64,000 nucleotides of DNA from Klebsormidium nitens (taxonomy: Eukaryota > Plantae > Klebsormidiophyceae), in the NCBI GenBank assembly GCA_000708835.1, contig DF237002.1, forward strand, positions 156,291 to 220,290, in the 5' to 3' direction. Every line of letters begins with the position of its first letter. The stretch's first letter is position 1. Below, piece after piece: positions 46,501 through 56,622 of this stretch. The position numbers and the translations under genes were made by a program. Under the pieces are notes generated by a model. It worked only from the letters and a program-made list of their open reading frames with translations. It did not search any database and had not been told where the DNA came from.

Positions 46501-49500
46501 ACTTGCGTGTAAAGCCGTCCAAGGAGGCCGATCGGACAGCGTCACGGCCGCTAACAGAGACACGCTTATCGACCATGCGTTTCAGACTCGGGCCCAATAC
46601 ATCTATGAGCTACTCGCTGTGCTTGTAAGGGTCGCCATGCTCATCCGGGCATCAAAAGGCTCACTTTCTGGCCGTCTAGGCGCCAGACCTGCGGCATATC
46701 GCAGCCCAGGAACTCAGCAAAATAAACTGCTGCTTATACATACAAGATGCACAACGCATAGCTGACTCGGAAGAACCTTCAGCAGGTTCGAACAACCGAC
46801 GTGTCAAAAAGAGCCACTATCATTTTTGAACGTGGGGATACTGGGTCTTCAAACACCACTTCATCTTCTCGAAGGAACAGCAAGCCACCTTCTTAACCGA
46901 AAGAGTATTAATTTTTGCAACGTTGTGTGCGAGGTGCCCAAAATGGCCTCTGAACAATCTGAGGCCAGACTAAAGCTCAGCGTAGCAGTCAACAATCCTG
47001 AAAGTCCTCAAAAGACTGCTCTACATATCACAAAACATCTAAGAATGCGAAACGAAGCCAAGCGTCGGAATGGCCTTCTGCTACGACGCTTGAAGAAAAG
47101 GCGAGCCAAGCTAACGGAAGGTTCGGGGCACGGCAAAGCTGCCGTTCAAAAAGTCCAATACCAGTCAGACCGATCAACCCTTTCTGACGTGGGTCAGAGG
47201 TCGCTCTCATCATTGCCTTTGAGAAGCCTAGTTAGTGAAGGGCATTGCTCATCATCCGGATGAGCGTCGAGTGGGTGGAGTGGAGGCCGGGGATCAGATA
47301 TGTCTCGAAACTTTAAGGGGGTCGTTTTCAATACCCGCAGTTAGCCGTTGGCGGCATTTTTTTCAGCCGTTCCAAGAGAAGTACGCAAATGAAGACGAAA
47401 AAGAGCGTGAAGAGGGCTGACAGCGGTCTGCAAGGGGGCGTGGACTGGACTCTGTTTAAGGAAAGAAGAGGCAATGAAGTTACCGACAATACGGGCTTCG
47501 TGGTGAAGAGAAGGTGGCCCTAAGGTCAGCATGTATGGTCTTCATTGCCCGTTAACGAGTAACTAGGAGGACAGAAGAGTTACATGGGAGAGTCACACCA
47601 TGGAAATCTCAATGGTAAACAGCTCAAAAAGAAGAGTGCGCATAATAAGGTACTTCAAATGGACCGCTCACCTTGCCCAGCCCCGCGATGAGCATGATGT
47701 TCTCCGTCCCCGCCCGGAACCCGCGCTCGTGCCCCGCTCCGTGCATCAGCTTCGCCAGCCGCGTGCCTCGCCGGACGATGAGCGCGCCGACCCCCTTAGG
47801 GGCGTACAGCTGCATAAGACAGAGAAATACACACTTGTACTCCAATCCACCTCTGTAACGGCATGCTAAAACGGGACAAAGGGACTGCACGGCTCGAGCG
47901 CGCTTCTGAGTAGCCAGGTGAGCCAGTTTTTGTTGACTGTCAAGGAGATTTCGGGCCATTGCCGGGACATCTTGTTTGCTCACTTCGTGTCAATCGCACC
48001 TGCTGCGCAAGCTGTTTTCACAAGGAAGCAGGCGCTAAGAATTGGACTCGACCAACTAGACGTTTTGAGGGGAGAATGTTGCCTTTCCCCGCTCTAGTGC
48101 CGAACCCTATTGAAAGTGAGAATTGCAGGCGCTGCGTTGGAAGAACGAAGCCTGTGCAAAAATCCAGGTTTAACAGATCTCGACGACAGTGAACAACAAC
48201 ACGGCAATCGGATAGCAGATTCGGTCCCCGTAATGAAGACGCTGATTGGCGCGATTGGCCACTGCGCCGAGCATTTCGAACAACAAGCACGCCTGTTATG
48301 CATTGAAAAGCATCCGGCTCCGCAACGGTGCCACCAAAGATCGTTTGCACGCAGCGCGACCACAGCTCCCTTCTCAGCCCGGGAAGAATTCTTATCTGGA
48401 TTAGCAGGTTAATCAGCAAGGACGACATTCGATCAAGTCACGTTTCTGGAACGCCTGGATCCAGTGACACTCCAACGGTTGAGACTATGCCAACGAATGT
48501 CGGGCCCGTACCTTATGCCCTGCTATCGTCAGCAGGTCCACTTCCAGCTCGTCCCACTTGATGGGCACCTTCCCTATACTTTGACTCGCGTCCGTATGGA
48601 ACACCACTCCCGCTTTCCGCAACGCCCGCCCAATTTCCGCGATCGGCTGTATCGCCCCCACTTCGTTGTTTGAATGCATGATCGAAACAATCAGCGTTTG
48701 TGATGCCTGACCGTTTCCTTGTCCCACCCCGTCAACCTTTCCGTCAACCTTTGCGTCAAAGACGCCGTTTAGAACTTTCACTGGACCCGCCTTTTCTGCC
48801 CCCTCCGTCTCTACTCCAGTCGTGCTTGTTTCTTCCACTGCACTTCTGTCGGTCATTATTGCCTTGGCAACCTCTACTGACTCTGGGGCTTGGCCCTCCT
48901 CTTTGATTCCATTTGTCACCTTCGACGCTTCACTGTGTTGGAAGGAATCATCCGCTGACGTCACACTCTCAAGCCGCCCCAAATCTCCGCTTTCGGCCCC
49001 CCCAAACGCGGCCGCAATCACCGCATCCGCATCCACCAGCCCCTGTGAATCGACAGGCGCAACCCGCAAGTCGAACCCCCTGGAGTCACGCAAATGCTCC
49101 ATTACTTCCGTGACGGCGGGATGCTCGACTGCTGACGTCACCAGGCGAAACGCGGGGCCGCTGCGGCGTCCCGGGGGGAGGTGCGCGAGGGCGGCCTCGA
49201 CGGCGCCCTTGATGGCCCAGTTGTTGGATTCGGTGCCGCCCGATGTGAAGAACACCTGGTGGGGAAAAGCGGAGTATGATTAGCACAGGACAGGTACAGT
49301 AGGAGCTTGTTCTTTGCCATACCCCTTCTGGCGTCATCTCGATAATCAATAACACAGACGAAAGGGCATGCTTTCTGTCCTCCCCGAATAACCCTTCTGA
49401 AATTGTCTTACAAACCATAAACTGACGCGAAAGATTGTGGACAGGAAAGCTAAGGAGAACAGCCAGAACAAGCTTCCTCTGCAGGGTTGTTTGACGCAAT

Positions 49501-51218
49501 GGGTCAGTCCCTCCTGCACACCAGCTTGAGCAGACGCGCTGTCCAGAAAGGCCCACATGATGGCCCGGCATTCCGAATTAATACATCCAAACAGACAAAT
49601 AAACCACGCACACACGACCGCAGGCCCTGAAGAGCAGTTCGGGGATAAAGGTAAATGCCAATGTATAACTTCACCTCATCCTCTGCGCAGCCTATGAGGT
49701 CCGCCACCTGGCGCCGCGCGTACTCAACAGCCCGCTTGGCCTGCTCTCCAAAGACATGCGTGCTTGACGGATTGCCCCAGCCAAAGCCCTGGAGGAACGG
49801 CAGCATGGCGGCCGATACCTCAGGCGCTGCAAACACGAAGTGAAAGGTGGAGTCGGAGTCTGTCTCTACGAGCTGCGGAGCATGCCCTGTGAGACTTGGG
49901 AGAGTCCTCAGGAGAACCTGAGCTCTGTCCTGAATTTGCTGCATAAGAGGGGCTTCAAAAGCTTATGTACTGCTTCCAATAGATATTATAGGATGAGTCA
50001 TAGGATGAGTGAGCGGCAGGGAAGCCTCTGCCTTCGAGACGAAAATGATGTAGGTCGAGCATCCTGCCAAGCAAAGTAAGATCAGGTGGAAGGCTGAACC
50101 CTCAATTGGTAGGTCGAGGAAGAGGGACGCACAGTTACAGGGAACAGGCTAACCAAATCCATGTGCCCCTCGAAAGCAGACTCTCTCAAAACATTTACCC
50201 GTTGAAGTCAGAAGAATGCTGAGAACGCTTCCAAACTGTTGGTTTCGAGTAAGAGTAGCCTTCTGGACTCTTCAAAGACCTGAACAAACCTTGCTGATAT
50301 GAAGTCTGTTTATGTGCACGCCTGAAGAAAGCTGTCAGTGCCGGAGGTGCCACTATGACCTTTTTTAGGGAAGTGCCCTTTAGAGGTCGTGCAAGATCAG
50401 GTTCTTTTGCGTGTAATCTAAGAACAAGAATCTGTTGAGGAGTTTAAGGACATGCTTTTGAATCTCTACGCTTTACGCCCAATGGGCATAAGTTAAGTTG
50501 TCGTGTCTAAAAACCCAATCGTGAGACAGCCCATTTGAAGTGCAGAGTAGACCACTTTCAGAGGGTACTACCAGCTCAAGCCACAATGAGTTGTATTAAC
50601 CATATGAAGATCTGTAGTGAATGATAGGTTGCCCTTAGATGATTGGCCAGAAACCATATATAATCTGGGGCTATGAAGGTACGAGAAAATTCTGGTCGCT
50701 TTCCTGGTTTCGCACCACAGCAAAATCATGCACTTTCGTTTGAAGAGGTGCAAGCACGAATGACAGAATCACACTGATTGTGTCAGCCACAGAACAGCCA
50801 CACGTGGCAACATTCATGTGCAGTTCCCCAATGCACAATGCAACAAGGACCAGCGTACGAAAACACATTTCTGGAAGATACAAATCAGGTGAAGCAGCCA
50901 CACAACATCATCAGCATTGGACACTCCAGTCTCAGCCCTAGCAAAGTGAGATTCACAGCCTGGTTCTGAGTCTGTGATAGTCTTTGCGTTGACCAGCGAC
51001 ACATTGTATTATGCTCTCTGGCTGACAAATCTTCGACCCACTTTAGCAACCCAAAGCACGACATCTTGTGATGAGCAGGAGAGGATCGTTCAGAGCTGCT
51101 CACATATGGGCGTTGTTGCATTGTAGTCCAAGTAGATTGGCGCACCCTCCAGCTTCTCCCACCCCAACGGATGCCGCTGCGGGTGCTCCAAAGAGCTGCT
51201 CCCCGTGCTGGCGTCCAT
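43508..51218 (-). CDS. Selenocysteine lyase / group-I cysteine desulfurase-like PLP enzyme (aminotransferase class V), about 555 aa, 6 exons, no obvious transit peptide
   Basis: Exons (minus): 51218-51104, 49826-49675, 49255-48512, 47809-47672, 44687-44509, 43847-43508; in frame (1668 nt). Motifs IYLDYNATTP, WGNPSS, FTSGGTESNN, SAVEHPAV, HSNNEVG, HTDASQS, AGHKLYAPKG (PLP Lys), FRAGTEN, SAGSACHS (catalytic Cys), TLRLSVGRETT. Confidence 0.9.
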
Positions 51219-51626
51219 TTTCTTCCAGGACAAACCTGATCAAGACGTCCAACCCTAGGGTTTCTTGTTGAAGGCGGACTCAGCTGAATTTCTCAAAAGG
51301 GCCTCCCAGGCGCCTCCCTTCCTGTCGTTCCTGGCAGCCTTTGATCATTGATGTGTATTACCTTTCCGCTGGATTGAAACAACCGTGGCGGAAGTTACCG
51401 GCCGGAAAAAGCAGCGCCGGAACCCTCAGCGTGCGGGAATGGTTGACCACTGACTCTGAGTTACCCAGTATCCGGCATCGTTACCGCGCAGTTTCATTGT
51501 CGGGATGCCAGCTGGCACCACATTGCATTTTCGTCAGCATTCAGATTTCAGAAGCCAAGAAAGCTGAACGCACCCCTGAAAGCAAGACGATCGTTTTCGC
51601 GAGACAGGAAGGCGTGTGTTTTCCTT
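51219..51626. promoter_or_regulatory. Putative bidirectional promoter between SCLY-like and RMT2 genes
   Basis: Only about 410 nt separate two divergently oriented ATGs (51218 minus, 51627 plus). The segment is relatively CG-rich. Confidence 0.55.
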
Positions 51627-54600
51627 ATGGCGGACCAATCTGCTGAGCAGCGGCTTCTGGCCGCTGCCGGCGAAGGTGATGAAGCTACTGTCCGCCAACT
51701 ATTGGAGGGCGCCGAAGACATTGCTAAATATCAGGAGGAGGAGGAAGGCGCCAGCGCCCTCATTCTGGCGGCGAAGCAGGTGAGAGCTCCATTCGACTTG
51801 CCCAATCCCCATATACCCCCCAGAATTTCTCTGCTGCTTTATTTTACACCGGCGCCACGTCGTCTGTTGGTGGCAGATTGAGAATGGGCACCAAAGTTGG
51901 CCAGCCAAATACCGTGGTCACTGGTGGCCTTTCAATTTGGAATGGCGACTCGCTGTTTAAAGCTGGTGGTCTCAGAGGTTTGTGCGCCACCACCCCTGCA
52001 TCGCCACTGCCCATGCTTTTCGGTTGAACAACCGATTCACACTTGTTCGACAGCATTTGCCTTATGCAATGGCAGCCCCTCCAAACGCCCATCCATTTCG
52101 TCGGTTGTTGCAGATATGTAATGCAGTTCTTTCTCTCTAGATACTCAGACACCCGACGATAGACACCATTGGTGCACGTTTGTATTCAAACAACTTGCCC
52201 CCCAAGATTTGATCCATGCCAGTAAATCAAGGGCCTTGCTTGATGAGTAAGAGAAACCACCACAACCGGCCAGGTGGCAGTCTTCCAAAGAAAGCTCACA
52301 GGTACATGTGCCTTAACGTCAAGTCTTTGAGCCTCTTCGCAAATGTACCTGCCAGGGTCATGCCAGCATTGTGAAGCTGTTGCTGGAGGCGGGGGCGCCG
52401 TGGAACGCCCTCGACCGGAGGGGCAACTGCGCGGGCGACTATGCAATGAACGAGGGGCACCAAGAAGCATACGAGGTCCTCCTGAATGCAGGTGGGCAGC
52501 AATGTGTTGTATTTAGCATGTTGCATTTGGGCTGCAAAAAGTCCATGTAGAGGGAACATGTCTGTAGTTGCCTTTCGGGTTCTTGAGCTGGTCAGAGCAC
52601 GTTGTATGCTGTTACATGACATTAGAAACCACAATGGCGGATCTGTCATTACCAAAGCCTATGATGGAGAGTGCAAGATAGCGTCACAAGGGCCGCGTTC
52701 TGGTGCACTCTGTACGGACACAGATCTTGCTGTTGTATGGGCCAGCCCCTACGTTCGGCTATCCGACATTCTGATCCGTTCACAGATGATAACCTCTACT
52801 GAAGTCGTTTTGTTGTTGATTTCAAACTCACTCAGCTACGGTCCCACCTCAATAAGCGTCCGTCTACGAGCTCAATTGCATCCCAATTGATAGCCATTTC
52901 AAAAGCCTTACTCACTGCTAATGCAGCGGTCCAGGCAGACCTGGTGCTGGGCGCCTTGCATCAGACCCTTGATCAAACCATATCCCGATAACCCATCAAA
53001 GTCACAAGCCCGTTTTCATGGGCCTCATTGTAACCCACATTGTTTGACTCTAGCGGCCCAGGCAGAGCTGGTGCTGGGCGCCCTCCATTAGGACAATCAC
53101 GCATCTCAATAACCCATCAAAATCACAAGTTTAACCTTTATTAGACAATGTCTTAACCACCACCTTGGTTAAGTCCAGTGGTCCCGGCGGACATGGGCTG
53201 TTCAGATAACCCTTCAGAGTCAAAAGCCTAGCTTTTATGGGCAAAGTCTTAACCACCGTGGTTAACTTCAGCGGTTTAGGCGGAGCTGGTGTTGGGCGCC
53301 CTGCATTGAAATGCTCACGCTTCTTGACATGTCACCAGAGTCACGAGCTTAACTTTGTTGGCAAAGTCTTAACCCACCTTGATTCATCTCAACGACTCAG
53401 GCGGAGCTGGTGCTATTTAGAAAACCCATCAGAATCACAAGCCTAGCTTTTACTGGCAAAGTCCTAACCCAAGTTGGTTAAGTCAGCGGTCCAGGCGGAG
53501 CTGGTTCTGGTCCCCTTTGCATCAGACCTTACGGGTAATCAATCCTGACGACTAGAAACTTGGTCATAGGCCTAAACTTATATCGGGAAATTGCTTAACC
53601 AACCTGGCTTAACTCCAGCGGTTCAGCTGGAGCTGGTGCTGTTTAGATAACCCATCGGCGTCACAAGCCTAGCTTCAATTGAGCAAAGTCTGAACCCAAC
53701 TTGGTTAACTCCAGCGGTTCAGGCGGAGCTGGTGTTGGGCGCCCTGCAGCGGCGGGCACGCAGCGGGGCCGAGGCCTCAAACAGCGGGTACCTCCAAGAA
53801 AGGGTCAAATACGACGATGATAAGCTGCTGGATGCAGAGAGTAACGGAGTCATGATGGAGTGGGAGCGGCCGCTTATGGAGAGCCACGCACAGGTGGGTT
53901 CGGTAGTCCTTTTCCACTGTCTGACGATCTTGAAAGGAATTTTAGTGGCGGCTTCAGGCTGTGTTCCTCAGGTTTATTGGTCCATCTGGTGCAACTGGGT
54001 ATACTCGAGTAGCAATCAACCTTGCGCCACCTGTGCATTGATCCGTTCGGTTTGAAGGCGATAGAGTCGAATGACCTGATGGCTCGATCATAAGGATACC
54101 TTAGCAGTCATTCGATTGGCCCAATGAAAGACTCCCTATCGATGGCTCAGCGCGATTTTTGTTTGACCTCACAATGAGTCGCCAAACTGAAGGAGAATCG
54201 AGCTGAGCCGTGCCAGGGTTCGGCGGAACTGTCTGTAGGATCCTCTGAACGGATCTTCAAGAGTTTTTCCCCCTACAGGACGTTCAAGACTCTCGTAATG
54301 ATTGCTGAACGTCGAAACTTGGTTCGGACGCCCGACAGACCATTCGGTATGCAATCCGTAACGCGAATGCAAGAGGCCGAGATCTTTTCAGCGGCGCAAA
54401 CTCACACATTTACATTTCTGTGCAGGCTGTATGTTTTTCGGGGGGCGATGTGCTCAACGTCGGCTTTGGGATGGGTCTGGTCGACACCGCGATCCAGAAG
54501 CGGAATCCGAAGTCGCATACGATCATCGAGGCACACCCGGGCGTGTACGAGAAGATGCTCAAAGACGGTCAGATACATCCTTCTCTATCGCCTGGACTAA

Positions 54601-55670
54601 GGCGTTTGTCGCGCGTTCAAGGGCGTACCAAATCGGAACGATTCATTTGTAGCTGACTCCTTTGTTACTACGTTATAATGCAGTCTTCAATGGGTTTCCA
54701 GCAACAGAAAGTCAACAGCTTCTGCACTGGGAAGGGCGGCGGAATGCTGACTCGTCTATGAAACTGCCGAGCAAGCGCGTCAATTAGGATGACAATGCCT
54801 CTTCGCATCGCATCCTGCTTTTGCTCCCAAACTCAGCGGTTCTCTTTAAAGCGCGGCTGAACCTTATGGTTGTCAGCTTACGTACGCAGTGTTTCATTTC
54901 CTGCCAGCTCTTGGCCATCAGAGAGGATTGTAATTGATTAATCCCAGCTCCTACACCTCCTGCCTTAAGCTTACTGTTCTCTGGAATGAGCGGAACATGG
55001 CAAGACTATCTCGTACTCTCTGTATGTGCTGTCTTCAAACGCTAGAAGCTAGCGACAGAAGTGCCATCTACAGTAGATTCCGTGAATGTTTCTTTTGGCA
55101 AGTAAAGCCTGTATTCTCTGCCGGGTCTGGGCTGCAGCGACTGCAAAGTGCCTTTTTCAGATTTTGGCCAACACCAAACGAACCAGCGAAAACTCCAAAG
55201 CAAGAGAGTTTGCAGTCACAGCGGGACTCTGAAAAGCATCGGGTTAAATTTCAGGTTGGGATAAGAAGCCGGGCGTCCGGATTTGCTTCGGACGCTGGCA
55301 GGACGTCCTCCCGCAGCTCGGACGCTTCGACGGCATCTTCTTCGACACGTTTGGCGAGTACTACGACGACCTGCGCGAGTTCCACGCCCATTTACCAAAG
55401 CTTTTGCGCCCGGGGGGCATTTACTCTTTCTTCAACGGGCTGTGCGCGGACAACGCGTTTTTCCACGTGGTGTGCTGCCAGCTGGTGCAACTAGAGATGG
55501 CGAGGCTCGGGTTTGAGACCACGTTCGTGCCGCTGCCGGTGAATTCGGCGGTGGGCGATGAGGTTTGGGAGGGGGTCAAGCTCAAGTACTGGCAGCTGGA
55601 TGCGTACTTCCTACCGGTCTGTCAATATGAGGATAACGACGTGGAGGGGAAAAGTTCTCAACAAACGTGA
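51627..55670 (+). CDS. RMT2: Ankyrin-repeat protein arginine N-methyltransferase, RMT2 (type IV/GAMT-like) family, about 341 aa, 5 exons
   Basis: Exons 51627-51779, 52356-52491, 53715-53893, 54426-54567, 55255-55670; in frame (1026 nt). Ankyrin repeats (LLAAAGEGD, ALILAAKQGHASIVKLLLEAGAPWNALD), VMMEWERPLMESHA, VLNVGFGMGLVD (SAM motif I), HTIIEAHP, GRWQDV, FDGIFFDTFGEYY, YSFFNGL. Confidence 0.93.
52910..53714 (+). repeat. Array of about 7 degenerate copies of the acceptor plus start of RMT2 exon 3 in intron 2
   Basis: Unit 'gcaaagtcttaacc...ttggttaactccag|cggt(t/c)caggcggagctggtg(c/t)tgggcgccct' has exon-like starts at about 52927, 53054, 53179, 53272, 53392, 53487 and 53619; the true acceptor is at 53714. 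Confidence 0.92.
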
Positions 55671-56622
55671 TTAGGTGTTGCCTTTAAAGTCTGGGCTCGG
55701 TTATTCTACTCAGCTTTGAAAGATTGTCGCAAATGCAAAAGACACCTTGCCCGCCCATGTGCACGTGCAGTGCACTAAAAGTGGACCACAGTGGATGTGT
55801 ATGGAAGTAGGTTTTGATCTAGGTTGGGTTTCATCGCCGCCCGCAGGCAATAACGGTTATTGCAGCCCGCTCCCCTCGCGAGCGTGCAGCCTTGGTGGCG
55901 TGCACCTTACACCCTGGACCAGTGCCTTTTATGGTATAGGTCGTGTGGCTGCGGCCATGCAACAGTGCTTTCTACGTACTAAACCACATATGCAAATGAG
56001 TCGAATTGCATGCCAGGATTGGCATTGCACACTCTGGAACATGATCGATCAATACAGCATCATACGGCATTTGCGTATACGGTATGTACAGGCATTTCAC
56101 ATGTGGCATAGCATGCCATGCATGCACCTAGCTAAATGATGACATGCATGTGGAGAAAGTTGTTTCCGCAACTATAACGCGTGCTCGCGTCGGCCCGCTA
56201 TCCTAGATTGGCCGGCATGCATATACCTATCTATAATGCATGGCGGCCTAGCTGAATTAATCGAGTTGAGCTCGGCGCGCCTCCAGTCGGACTCGAATAT
56301 GCAGATTAACCGTCAACTATATCAAAAAAGACTGGGCTCGACCAATGAGATTCTAGTGCATGCTAGCTATCCGCCGCCGCTATATCCAGCGGGCCCCGCC
56401 AATTGCTTCAAAAGAATGACGAACTCGAATCCAACAATCGACCACATGTATCTCGTGACTCAACTCGAATAACCAATAATCAAAATCCAGTATGTCCGAG
56501 TATGACGCTGGTATAGTGGCAGTCCAGTAGCTAATCCAAAACTCTTACTCTTCATATCCAGCGCACTGCTGTCAGTCAAGTACGATACAATCCGCAACAA
56601 TCCGACAAGATGAATCGTCGAG

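Noticed and set aside
44688-47671. 3-kb intron in the SCLY-like gene as a possible nested gene or transposon
   Set aside because: None of the short ORFs shows transposase, RT or other recognisable motifs, and I saw no terminal repeats. A RepeatModeler or BLASTX search would be needed to exclude a decayed element.
43508-51218. Annotation as mitochondrial NFS1, or as a selenoprotein with UGA recoding
   Set aside because: No transit peptide and the motif is SAGSACHS rather than SSGSACTS. The model has no in-frame UGA and I could not identify a SECIS.
52910-53714. CRISPR-like repeat-spacer appearance (also 39391-40290)
   Set aside because: Eukaryotic intron; the repeats match the gene's own exon start, the spacers resemble one another, and no cas genes are present.
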